From Sphaerodactylus townsendi (lineage: Eukaryota), in contig NC_059439.1 of assembly GCF_021028975.2 (NCBI RefSeq), positions 32,736,001-32,800,000 on the forward strand: a stretch of DNA of 64,000 nt. Direction: 5' to 3'. Position numbers and translations under genes: made by a program. The notes below the pieces were generated by a model. It was not told the origin of the DNA and ran no database searches. It was given only the letters and a program-made list of their open reading frames with translations. This document shows, piece after piece, positions 37,423 through 48,929 of the stretch; position 1 is the first letter of the stretch, and every line of letters begins with the position of its first letter.

Positions 37423-38388
37423 ATGGAGAACAGCACAACAGTGGCAGAATTTATCCTGATGGGAGTCTCCGACCTCCCAGCTGTCCGCTTCTCCTTGTTC
37501 GCTGCCTTTTTGTTCATTTATTTGATCACCGTCATGGGAAATGGTACCATCCTTCTGGCCGTAGGAGCGGACTCCCATTTGCACAACCCCATGTATTTTT
37601 TCCTCACCAACCTCTCCTTGTTGGACATCTTCTATCCCACAGCCACGGTGCCTAAGATGCTGGAGAGCCTCTTGTCGGAGAATAATATAATTTCCTTTGT
37701 TGGCTGCATTCTGCAGGTCTATTTCCTAGTAGCCCTGGCGGGGACTGAGGTCTTCCTTCTGGCTGTCATGGCTTATGACCGTTACGTGGCTGTATGTGAC
37801 CCCTTGCGATACACAGTCATCATGAGCAAGAAGGCCTGTCTTCAGATGGTTGCTGGCACCTGGATCACGGGCTTCCTCAACTCTTTGCTCCACACGGTGC
37901 TGACCTTCACCCTACCTTATTGCAAATCCAATCGAGTCAATCAATATTATTGTGACATTCCACCCATTCTGGCCCTTTCTTGTGGTTCCACCTACTTGGC
38001 GGAGATGGTTGTTCTGATTGTTGGGGGCATTTTTGGCGTGGGGTCTTCCCTGGTCACGTTGGTCTCCTATGTCTACATCATCTCCTCCATCCTCAGAATC
38101 CGTTCTGCCGAGGGCAAGCGCAAAGCCTTCTCTACCTGTGCCTCTCACCTGATGGTGGTGTGCCTCTTCTATGGGACCGGCATCTTTACTTACATACGCC
38201 CTTCTTCTAGCCACCACCCAGACCAGGATAGGCTGGTGAGCATGCTGTATGGTGTGATCACCCCTATGTTGAACCCCTTGATCTACAGCCTTCGGAACAA
38301 AGAAGTGAAAGGGGCGTTAAAGAGGGCGATTGTGGGATGGGGCAAGAGAATACTGATTCAAGAAAACACAATATTCTGCATTCCTTAG
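37423..38388 (+). CDS. Olfactory receptor, intact, 321 aa (paralogue 2)
   Basis: All OR motifs present; C-terminus differs (ILIQENTIFCIP). Confidence 0.95.
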   Translation: MENSTTVAEFILMGVSDLPAVRFSLFAAFLFIYLITVMGNGTILLAVGADSHLHNPMYFFLTNLSLLDIFYPTATVPKMLESLLSENNIISFVGCILQVYFLVALAGTEVFLLAVMAYDRYVAVCDPLRYTVIMSKKACLQMVAGTWITGFLNSLLHTVLTFTLPYCKSNRVNQYYCDIPPILALSCGSTYLAEMVVLIVGGIFGVGSSLVTLVSYVYIISSILRIRSAEGKRKAFSTCASHLMVVCLFYGTGIFTYIRPSSSHHPDQDRLVSMLYGVITPMLNPLIYSLRNKEVKGALKRAIVGWGKRILIQENTIFCIP

Positions 38389-38908
38389 AAATGAGAAAAT
38401 CTCATGTTAATACCTGCTGTTTCCATGAACACTTTGACTCTTGCTCTCTAAGCCGAAACTTAAGAGAAATTATACAGTAAATTGCATTTTCTTTCATCCC
38501 TTTCTACTCAACCTCATCTTATTTGGTTGTTGCTTATGATTAAAGGAGAGGTGTAATGCTGTATAGTGGTTAGAGAGCCGAATTCAGGAGCATCCAGGAA
38601 GCTGGTTGGGTAATTTTGAGCCAGTTATGATCTCCTGGATTATCATACCTTACAGGCTTGTTGTGAGGATCATTGGAAGGGGGGGGGGAGTGAAGGTCAC
38701 CATGTATATCACCTTGTGACTGTGGTGGAAATGTTGAATCATTCTTTTAAAATAAACTTTGTTCAAGGATCTCCTTGGGTTTTTCCATGTCATAAAACGC
38801 CTGGTAAACTTACAGAAGTGAAGGAAATGGATACAAATTGATGTCATAAGCACCGTTTAGATTCTTTTGTGGTGGTAATTTTGTGGTGGACTTAAGGAGA
38901 AATTCTTT

Positions 38909-39038
38909 GGCTCATTCCGCACACGCAAAATAATGCACTTTCAAGCTGCTTTCACAACTGTTTTTGCCATTCCGCACAGCTTCAAAGAGCCCTGAAAGCA
39001 GCTTGAAAGTGCATTATTTTGCGTGTGCGGAATGAGCC
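38909..39038. mobile_element. PIF/Harbinger-type palindromic MITE
   Basis: ~40-bp perfect TIR ggctcattccgcacacgcaaaataatgcac; TSD ttt, empty site at ~46595. Confidence 0.82.
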
Positions 39039-39073
39039 TTTGTTTCATTTTGACATTCTGTGGATTTGACATT

Positions 39074-40071
39074 CATGGTGGGGTACATTTGGTCGACAAC
39101 CCCGAAGAGGAGGTCATAGATGGACTGGAGAGGTTCAGCAAGTGTGTGTATGCATTCTGGGCACTGGGAAAGAAAAGTGATATTGAAATGATACAGAACA
39201 CCAAAACAACTAGCATATATGATTAAAGGACTCAGTCCTAAATGCTGGCACTGCGGAGATCAGGAGGCATATTATAGCCATATGTGGACGGAATGTATAG
39301 AAGTGAAAATTTTTTGGACAACCGTAATGTTATATATCGAGAAACTGGTGAAGATTAATATTGGGATAAATAATGATTTAATGTTCATGGGTGTAATGGA
39401 GGATAGAAGGGTAGATAAAAAACATAGCTATATGTATAAACAATGATCAAAGCAGCACATGCAACAATAGCTTTAGGCTGGAAAGAAAAGAAAAAATGGA
39501 CAATCCAGAAATGGTTGGAATATATCTGGGAACAAGTGACACTGGACATTTTCAAAATAATAACAAAGAATAAACTGTGGCAAGATAAACAGAGCGAAAT
39601 CTTGAAGGTATGGACCATTTATGCGGATTGGATGAAAGAAGCTGGAGTCAATGAGGAGATATGGGAGAAGAGATTACAAAGAATGAACTTACTGCTGTTT
39701 GTTTGATAAAACTATGAAGAAAATATAGGGGGAGGGGAAAAAGGGGAAAATGTATTGTTTGAAAACGAATGAAGAAGTGAATTGATATAAAATGGAATAT
39801 TCAAATGATACAATAAAAAATTTTTTTTAAAAGGAATTGGTCAACAGAAAGGAAGCCAAAGTCACCATCAAGCCCAGCAATGGATTCTGGGCCATCTGGT
39901 TGCGGAATGGCAGTGAGTACAAGGCTCTTGACTCTCCATCTAAATGGCTGGCCCTCAAGGACAAACCTCAGAAGGTGGGAGTCTACCTGGATTATGAAGG
40001 GGGACAGGTCTCCTTCTACAACGCTGATACCATGGCTCACATCTTCACCTTTTCTGATGCTTTCTCTGAGC
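39074..40071 (+). pseudogene. Partial duplicate of the TRIM PRY-SPRY exon, split by an L1
   Basis: 39074-39165 matches 26979-27068 (with a frameshift); 39831-40071 matches 27144-27384; no acceptor, both ends truncated. Confidence 0.9.
39166..39830 (+). mobile_element. L1/Tx1-type LINE 3' end
   Basis: KCWHCGDQEAYYSHMWTEC (CCHC), IALGWK..W; AATAAA plus A/T tail. Confidence 0.8.
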
Positions 40072-41037
40072 CAGTGGCGTAGCTAGGGAAAATGGAGCCC
40101 GGGACAAAATCTGAGTTTTGCGCCCCCCCCCCCAATATGGGCAGCAGGGACTCCCCCACCATGACCAAACAGCATTATTTTGCACCAGGTCATCTCAAAG
40201 TCACCATCACATTATAGAACATGCCCCAACACACAAATCTGAACACACCCAGGGCTCCCTAGTTTAAACAACATTGAAAGTGATGCTATTTTTTTTGAAG
40301 GGGGGAATCCACCCTGAAACAGCATCGCTTTTAATGTTGTTTAAACTAGAGAGCCCAGATTCTCCTTTTAAATCCACCTTAAAGAGAGACTCCGGGCTCT
40401 CTAGTTTAAACAACATTGATAGTGATGCTATTTCAAAATATATTTCCCACCCACCCACCCCCCAAACAGCATCATTGTCAATGTTGGTTGTTGTGGGTTT
40501 TCTGGGCTGCATGGCTGTGGTCTGGTAGATTTTGTTCCTAATGTTTCACCTGCATCTGTGGCTGGTATCTTCAGAGGTATATCACAGAGAGAAGTCTGTT
40601 ATACACTGTGTCCAGACTTCTCTTATAACAGACTTCTCTCTGTGATACACCTCTGAAGATGCCAGCCACAGATGCAGGTGAAACGTTAGGAACAAGATCC
40701 ACCAGACCACGGCCACACAGCCTGTAAAACCCACAACAACCAGTTGAATCTGGTTGTGAAAGCCTTCAACAATATTTTCAATGTTTTTTTTAATCTAGGG
40801 AGCCCAGATTCTCCCTTTAAATCCACTCCAAAGGGGGGGGGGATTTAAAGAGAGAACCCAGGGAAAATTTGAGGGTGCCTGTGAGAGCAATGTTTAACCT
40901 AACAGTACCAAAATTTTAGACTATCTCTAGGAGACTATCCTGATTATACCACCCAAGTTTAGTGAAGTTTGGTTCAGGGGGTCCAAAGTTATGGACCTTC
41001 AAAAGGGTAGCCCCATCTACCATTAGCTCCCATTGGC
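40072..41037. mobile_element. hAT-like element (cagtggcgtagctagggaaaatgg), right end lost
   Basis: Left terminus as at 23859; internal palindromic modules; cut off at the start of block C. Confidence 0.65.
40485..40775. mobile_element. Penelope-like fold-back insertion with hammerhead motif
   Basis: ~40485-40603 inverted at ~40624-40742; + motif cct-ctgaaga-t-gcc..ggt-gaaa-c-gtt-agg at 40650-40690. Confidence 0.75.
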
Positions 41038-41530
41038 TTAGCTGGCTTAGATTCCTTTTATAAAACATTAGATAAATTCATTTGGGGTGGGGGTGGGGGG
41101 TAGGTCTACAGATGGCTCTATGAAACACCCACGTTCCAAGGCAGTATACCTCTGAAGACCAGCTGTTGAGGGAGGACAGGAAATGACTCAAGGCTCCAAG
41201 ACAGAACACATTATTTGGATATGGGAAGTCCCATATACATTCCGTTACATCTCCACTGAAGGAACTAGAGGTTGAAAGAATCTTGAAAGAAAAGAAAGAA
41301 TCTTGAAGGAAAAGATCTCTATTCTCTGTTAATTAACACATCAGGGAGAAGGTTAGACTTGAGACTTTTTTGAAACCAGCTAGATTTCTTCATGGAAGGA
41401 TTCTGTTCTTTATTCAGTCACACGATCCTGCACATGCGATCTGTTTTGGTTCAGCCAAACATACAGGTACACCATTTTAGTCAACTGGGCTGAAGACATA
41501 ATCTTGACATAAATGACATAAATGATAGAG

Positions 41531-42311
41531 CAGTGATGGTGAACCTTTTCGAGACCGAGTGCCCAAATTGCAACCCAAAACCCACTTATTTATCACAAAA
41601 TGCCAACACAGCAATTTAACCTGAATACTGAGGTTTTAGTTTAGAAAAAACAGTTGGCTCTGAGGTGCGCGTTACTCGGGAGTAAGCTTGGTGGTAGTCA
41701 GTGGCTTTGCTTTGAAGCAACCGTGCAACTCTTTGAACGGGTGAATCATGACCCTAGGAGGGTTTACTCAGAAGCAGGCCCCAATGCAAGCAACTGAGCT
41801 TACTCTCAGGTAAAGGATCGCGCTTTAGTTCTTCCCATGAAAATCAGTGGGGTTTAACAGTGCTTCCCCCACCCCATGACGGACTCTGTGTGCGCGTGCC
41901 CACAGAGCGGGCTCTGAGTGCCACCTCTGGCACCCATGCCATAGGTTTGCCACCAGAGGTTCTCACAGGTTCCTGAGAGTAGGTTACTAATTATTTGTGT
42001 GTGCTGAGAGCGGGTTACTAATTGGGGATTTTGCCACGTGATTTTTGCCTTCGTTATGCCCCTCCTGTCAGCAGTAGCGCACAGAACTCTAAGCAGTCTA
42101 GCAGGAGGTGCACCAGCATGCGTGGCAGCCTGCGCCTGCGTGCATTCGTTTCCCGCCCAAGGACCGGTGCAGTGGCTGCGTCCTTGCCACAGCCCCGCCC
42201 AGGAATGCCCCGCCCCGGAATACTCGGCCACGTCCCCGTCACGCCCCTGCAGACAGTTTGAATCCCACCACCATGGGAACCTGTTACTAAAATTTTTGGA
42301 TCCCACCACTG
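41531..42311. mobile_element. Two joined hAT MITEs (15205 family, then 13150 family), specific to block C
   Basis: 41531-41953 matches the 15205 family; 41954-42311 matches the 13150 family; absent from B. Confidence 0.75.
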
Positions 42312-43888
42312 TTCGCCCCCACTGCTATAGAGGGTCTGGGGACTTTAGATCCATTAGTTTGAAGATGGTGTCATCATCTCCCATTATTGTCCTGAAGAGG
42401 TTATCAGAGGCCAGCTTCCTGGCACAGAAATACTTGGAATTGGCACCATCCTCATTTCTTTTAACTCTCCCTTTGGGGCCCATTTAGGAGGGGGAAAATG
42501 TGTGGTCCTGACTATTCTTTTCAGATCAGTGATTGTTACTGAGTTATCTCATTGTGCTCCGATAGCCTCCACAGTTTGCATTCTGGGATTTATAAGCTCT
42601 ATCAGGTGCGGACAATTTTCAGGCAGTTCACATACCACACTTCAGAGTTCATCGTGGAAAATGCAGAAGTGGTTTATAGGGACCACCGGGTGGCTCTGGC
42701 CCCGGCAATTCTTTTGCGCTTCCAACAAACACTCTTACAGATGACAGGTCTCCTAGATGAGAAGAATGCTTGCTAGTCTACATTTGGAGGAATAGACACA
42801 AGCCCTTCATCTTGAGTGAGTATTACTGGTTCTTTGAAACAGATCCACAGTGACGTCTAATGACTGAGAGTTACGGAACAAGCAGGATTCATGAAAAGCA
42901 GCAGGAATATGGAGAATGGAAGAGGTACACAGAATGTTTTGGACAGGATGCTCAGAATTATAGAAATATGTGGATGGACCCAGCTTTGTGAGTTGATTGG
43001 AAAATCTGCTCCTGCAGACAATTTCCACTCAAAGATCACATAGATTAAAAATAAACACCCCCAACACCTTAGGTAGACAATATCATGCCTCAGGAATGTT
43101 CATCGGCATATCTTTTGGGACTCTTGGGCAGGCAGTTTGGGGGAAAAAATTGTGTATCTATGATATCAGCTATGTGAATACCATGTGTGCAATAGTGGAA
43201 AAACTCATCTATATCTACCTGTAAAGTTTGGTTACTGAAGCTGTTGGCATTGACAGAGGAGGCAATAATTCACTTCTTTGATTAGAGAAAAGAATCCGTC
43301 AAACAAATGTGCATCTTTTGGAACTCATGGACAGGCAGTTTGAGGGGGAAATTGAATTTTGTTTGTATCTATGCAAATACCATATGTGCAATAATCGAAA
43401 AACTCATCTGTATCTACCGGTAAAGTTTGATTACTGAAGCGGCTGCAATTGGCAAAGGTCTCAAAATTCACTTCTTGGATTAGAGAAAAGAATCTATCTA
43501 AATGTACTGACAAAGTGGAAACTCTTGATGGACTATTTGTGTAAGATGGAAAAAGTCCTGAACGGATGACTTGTGATTTTAAGGAGTGGAAGATTAATTT
43601 AGCTGTATCAGGAAAAGGTGTGAATCTTATCAAGTTTAACAGTTAAGATTTGATATTGTGTTTGGTTATCATTAAGAATCAAGTGGTAAGCTTTACAATC
43701 AACTCTATTTGGGGGGCAGAAGAAATTGGAGGTCTTTTATGTTCATTTTTATGTAATTTGATGTAGGATGTTGGGATTATATGTCTTGATTAATGAAGAT
43801 TAATCATAGAACAAAACATTGTTCCGTAGGGCTGAATTCATTGCTGTACAAAGTGTTATTCGGACAAAGCCAAGCTTAAATTCGAAAA

Positions 43889-44121
43889 ATAAGCATAAGC
43901 ATAAGCATTTTTATTGTCATTGTGCACGCACAACGAAATTTACAGCAGCATTCCTCGATGCACACAATTTCAGACTCATACATCATCCTCACTTTCCCCT
44001 TCCTCCACCCATCCCTACACAGCCCCAAATACATCAATATGAAGCAGCGGAGTTTAGCATAGCCACAGCTCTAGAGTAGAAGCTGTCTCTAAGCCTCTTT
44101 GTCCTAGTTCTGAGGGCCCTG
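43889..44121 (-). mobile_element. Rex1/Babar LINE 3' fragment
   Basis: Reverse complement of ~5617-5837 with (TGCTTA)n tail. Confidence 0.8.
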
Positions 44122-44242
44122 AACTCGATGCTCATTTTTAAAGTTTAAGCTCGGCCTTGTATGAATAACGCGAATGACAGAGCAGTTCCAGATGACTACG
44201 TATGCTTTTCTGGCTTCCTGACGCTGAAGAGAACAAAGCAAG

Positions 44243-44383
44243 GGTGCCTTCCGCACATGCAAAATAATGCGTTTTCAAACCACTTTCACAACAGTTTGCA
44301 AGTGGATTTTGCCATTCTGCACAGCTTCAAAGAGCACGGAAAGCAGTTTGAAAGTGCATTATTCTGCATGTGTGGAAGGAGCC
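44243..44383. mobile_element. PIF/Harbinger-type MITE
   Basis: Same family as 34553; TSD aag, empty site at ~36386. Confidence 0.8.
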
Positions 44384-44813
44384 AAGGAGGTGCAGGGAAT
44401 CTTAGCCAAAAGCAGGCCTTTTTTGGGTGGCCATATTCACCGGTACTGAGGACCAGCACCCATTTTCAGTGTAAAGTGGGATAAACAGCAAAGTAAATAA
44501 TATGGTTCAGCTGACTTGAACCCATGTTCCATTCGCACGTGTGCCGTTTACGCGTTCAGCAAGCGACTGGAGACCTGGGTGAAGTTCTTCCCCCAATGCT
44601 GCATGTAACATCCTGAAGAGGCTATATTTGGGCTGTGGGAATTCACCTATTTAAGGCACGGAAGGTATCCAGACCTTCTAATTCTAGACATAATTTGGAA
44701 GGGGATTTTTGTGGGTTCATCACAGGGCACAATATTGTTTTAGGCTGTGTGCATCTGTGTTTCATGCACTGTGGAAAAAGGTGGTTCCTGAAGCCCATGA
44801 GATAGCTCAAAGT

Positions 44814-45101
44814 TAAGGTGACCAGATTGTCACCTTTTTAAACCAGGACGGGGGGCGGCATGGGGGGCTGCCGCACTGCCTTCTGGGGCACTCCCCTGTT
44901 TCCCACCTTGTGACAGGGCAGGAAATCGGGGAGCGCCCCAAAAAGCAGTGTGCTCCTGCGGCCGCGGGCATGGGAACAGGGCGGGAAAAGGGGAGTGCCA
45001 CAGAAGGCAAAATCGGGACAGTTAAAAAACCCCACGGGACACGGGACAGATTGGTTTAAGGCAGGACTGTCCCGCCAAAAGCGGGACATCTGGTCACCTT
45101 A
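44814..45101. mobile_element. hAT MITE upstream of OR copy 3
   Basis: TIR taaggtgaccagat/atctggtcacctta, 8-bp TSD ctcaaagt, empty site at ~37276. Confidence 0.88.
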
Positions 45102-45261
45102 CTCAAAGTAAAAGTGGGGATAGGATTGGGGAATGGTAGTAAATCACAAATGTTGTATATAGAACGTCTCTATTTCAGTCCATACATAGATCCTCCATTC
45201 CTTTGAAAGCTGATCCACGGCTCTGTACCTCTTGCAGGTTAGTTCTGCTCTGAACAGAGAA

Positions 45262-46221
45262 ATGGAGAACAGCACAACGGAGACAGAATTCATCCTAATG
45301 GGACTCTCCGACCTCCCAGCTGTCCGCTTCTCCTTGTTCGCTGCCTTTTTGTTCATTTATTTGATCACCGTCATGGGAAATGGTACCATCCTTCTTGCCA
45401 TAGGAGCGGACTCCCATTTGCACAACCCCATGTATTTTTTCCTCACCAACCTCTCCTTGCTGGACATCTTCTGCCCCACAGCCACGGTGCCTAAGATGCT
45501 GGAGAGCCTCTTGTCAGAGAATAATTTAATTTCCTTTGTTGGTTGTGCTCTGCAGCTCTTCTTCCTAGTAGCCCTGGCGGGGACTGAGGGATTGCTCTTG
45601 ACTGTCATGGGTTATGACCGTTACGTGGCTATATGCGACCCCTTGCGATACACAGTCATCATGAGCAAGAAGGCCTGTCTTCAGATGGTCGCTGGCACCT
45701 GGATCACGGGCTTCCTCAACTCTTTGCTCCACACGGTGCTGACCTTCACGCTACCTTATTGCAAATCCAATAGAGTCAATCAATATTATTGCGACATTCC
45801 ACCCGTTCTGGCCCTTTCTTGTGGTTCCACCTACTTGGCTGAGATGGTCGTTCTGATTGTTGGGGGCTTTTTTGGGGTGGGGTCTTTCCTGGTCACGTTG
45901 GTCTCCTACGTCTACATCATCTCCGCCATCCTCAGAATCCGTTCTGCCGAGGGGAAGCGCAAAGCCTTCTCTACCTGCGCCTCTCACCTGATGGTGGTGT
46001 GCCTCTTCTATGGGACCACCATCTTCACCTACGTACGCCCCTCTTCCAGCCACCATCCAGACCAGGATAGGCTGGTGAGCATGCTGTATGGGGTGATCAC
46101 CCCTATGTTGAACCCCTTGATCTACAGCTTTAGGAACAAAGAAGTGAAAGAGGCGTTAAAGAGGGCGATTATGGGATGGGGCAAGAGAAGCGGAGAGAGA
46201 GCTAGAGGTTTTTTCTACTGA
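45262..46221 (+). CDS. Olfactory receptor, intact, 319 aa (paralogue 3)
   Basis: OR motifs present; MGYDRY variant in TM3. Confidence 0.95.
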   Translation: MENSTTETEFILMGLSDLPAVRFSLFAAFLFIYLITVMGNGTILLAIGADSHLHNPMYFFLTNLSLLDIFCPTATVPKMLESLLSENNLISFVGCALQLFFLVALAGTEGLLLTVMGYDRYVAICDPLRYTVIMSKKACLQMVAGTWITGFLNSLLHTVLTFTLPYCKSNRVNQYYCDIPPVLALSCGSTYLAEMVVLIVGGFFGVGSFLVTLVSYVYIISAILRIRSAEGKRKAFSTCASHLMVVCLFYGTTIFTYVRPSSSHHPDQDRLVSMLYGVITPMLNPLIYSFRNKEVKEALKRAIMGWGKRSGERARGFFY

Positions 46222-46776
46222 AGAAAAAAGGTTAAATTAAAGCACTGAGGTTGCTTTGGGAGTGATTAGAGAGTCGAATTCAGGAGTATCCAGGAAACTT
46301 GTTGGGTAATTTTGAGCCAGTTATTATCTCTTAGCCTACCTCACAGGGCTGTTGTGATGATCATGGAGGGAGGGAGAATGTCACTATGTACATCATCTTA
46401 TGACTTTGGTGGAAATGTTGGATAATTTTTTTAATAAACTTTGTTCAAGGATCTCTCTGGATTTTTTTTCCGTGTTATGAAACTGTGCCGCGCCCCGTGA
46501 ACTTACACAAATGAAGGAAATGGATACCAACTCATATCATCAGTACAGTTGAGATTCTTTTGTGGTGGCAATTCTGGATTTAGGCTGAAATTCTTTGCAT
46601 AATTTTGACCTTGTATGGATTTTTCTTTGAAGAATAGCGTAATGTGTAAACACTGAACAAAGTATAAATGATGGCTATATGGGTTGCAAATAGTCAGAGC
46701 TATTTGGTAGCTAAGCAAGATTGCACAGGTGGTTGATGCCCGGGGGATTGTGTGACAACAGCCACAGGGAATAGAT

Positions 46777-47186
46777 CAGTGATGGCGAACCTTTTCGAGA
46801 CCGAGTGCCCAAATTGCAACCCAAAACCCACTTATTTATCGCAAAGTGCCAACACGGCAATTTAACCTGAATACTGAGATTGTAGTTTAGAAAAAACAGT
46901 TGGCTCCGAGGCTCGCGTTACTCGGGAGTAAACTTGGTGAAGCAACCGTGCAACACTTCAAATGGGTGAATCATGACCCTAGGAGGGTTTACTCAGAAGC
47001 AAGCCTCATTGCCAGCAACTGAGCTTACTCCCAGGTAAAGGATCGTGCCCAGGCCAGCCTAGATGTGTGTGTGTGTGTGGGGTGTGTGATTTTTCGCCCC
47101 CCCACATGATGAACTGTGCCCGCGTGCCCGCAGAAAGGGCTCTGAGTGCCACCTCTGGCACCCGTGCCATAGGTTCACCACCACTG
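46777..47186. mobile_element. hAT MITE (15205 family)
   Basis: TIRs, TSD gaatagat. Confidence 0.87.
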
Positions 47187-47363
47187 GAATAGATGTTTAA
47201 TTGGTTGATTGAGCTCATTTATAATTGGTCATTTTGATTGGAACGCAAGACAAATTTCAAAAACTGAAGATCCCTAAGACCATAAAAACGATAAAGAACA
47301 AGGATGCAATTTGGATTCTAATATGGACCATGTGTTTTCTTTTAAGAAATTGCAAAGAGCATA

Positions 47364-47807
47364 TGTAACCCCCATGCCCAGAATGGGTTGAACCAGTAAG
47401 GGGGTGGAGACTCAGAGCAGCAGAAAGGCTGCAGAGCTCTTTGGAGGAGACAAGGCTACCAGACTCGGACCTTGGTTGTATAAGCCCTTGACACCTTGTT
47501 AAGGGTTTCTTTTTGTGGTTGTAATGGGTGAGAGTTCTCCTGGAAACCTTCATCATGTTGCATCCTGTTCATCAAGCCCTTGGAGTCTTCAGGAGCCAAC
47601 CCACTTGCAAAGAAGAATTGGACTTGGCAGTATCAGTAGACTGTAACTAGAAGGACTTGAAATGCAACCTGAACAGGACCTTGAATTGTAATGTTAAATG
47701 TTGATGTTAATGTTACTTGTAAAGAGAAGTAAACTGTTTTGTTTAAATTTGGTTCTTTGCAACTCCTTCCAAGTGCTGCCCCACAGAACCCACAAGCTGA
47801 GGTTACA
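47364..47807 (+). mobile_element. Solo LTR (Gypsy/ERV type), 444 bp
   Basis: TGTAACC...GGTTACA termini, 4-bp TSD cata, tataa at ~47479, agtaaa at ~47728. Confidence 0.8.
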
Positions 47808-48150
47808 CATACAGAGACTGTCGGGTGGCGGTGGAGATAAATGCTGGGACGCATCCTGTACACCCGCAGCTCCTTTGAGGAAGGGCAAGAGAACAATGCA
47901 GTGGATAAATTATAAACATGAAAATGATTGAAATTTTTGGAAGAAAATGATTGAAATTTTTTTTGAAAGAAAATTTTGACACACACACACAAACCCATCA
48001 TGGGAAGAACTGAGATGATGATTCTGCATTTCCTTTGCACGGAGGTGCTGCCTCACTCACATCACAACTTGATCACCCAGTGTTGTGTGGATCGGAGGCA
48101 GCCAGCCAGGAAAAAGAGTGCAAGCAGAGCGGGGAGGTATTTGCGACAGT

Positions 48151-48929
48151 CAGGGGCGTAACGAGGCAGCCCTGGGCAAACTGTAGCCCTGGGCAAAACC
48201 TGAGTTGGATGCCCCCCCCCAATGGGCGGCCACTCCACCACGACCAGATTTTTTTTGCACCAGGACATTGGTGCCTGCAAGGGGTGCATTTTTAGACATA
48301 TCAGCACCAATATCTCAGCGTATCATCAGGAGACTGTCCTTATGCTACTCCCCAAGTTTGGTGAGGTTTGGTTCAAGGAGTCCAAAGTTATGGACTCCCA
48401 AAGGGGGTGCCCCTATCCCCCATTGTTTCCAATGGGAGCTAATAGGAGATGGGGGCTACAGTTTTGAGGGTCCATAACTTTGGCCCCCCTGAATCAAACT
48501 GCACCAAACCTGGGGAGTATCACTAGGGCAGTCTCCTTATGAGACCCTGAAAGTTTTGAGACGGTGCCTTCAGAAATGCCCCCCCCCCCCCCCCGTCCTG
48601 CAAACCCCACGGACAGCAATACAGAAAACTCAATGCAGAACAAAGATTCTTGGGCAAATTTCTAGGATGTTCCTGCAGGGGGCGCATTTTTGGATGTATC
48701 AGCACACAGCTCCCTGAACCAAACCTCACCAAACTTGGGGGGTAGCATAAGGACAGTCTCCTGATGATACGCTGAAATTTTGGCGCTGCTAGCCTAAAAA
48801 CCGCGCCCCCTGCAGGCCAAAAATGGAAAACCACTAAAATACCCAAAACCGAACCCAGCATTTTGATGCCCCCCACAAGGTGATGCCCTGGGCAGCTGCC
48901 CACCTTGCCCAATGGGCATTACGCCACTC
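48151..48929. mobile_element. hAT-like element with palindromic internal module
   Basis: caggggcgtaa/ttacgccact termini, subterminal gccctgggca repeats. Confidence 0.7.

Larger units (their letters stand above)
34263..39066 (+). repeat. Segmental duplication block B, carries OR copy 2
   Basis: Colinear with 41041-46620 apart from copy-specific insertions. Confidence 0.85.
41041..46620 (+). repeat. Segmental duplication block C, carries OR copy 3
   Basis: Direct repeat of block B. Confidence 0.85.
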
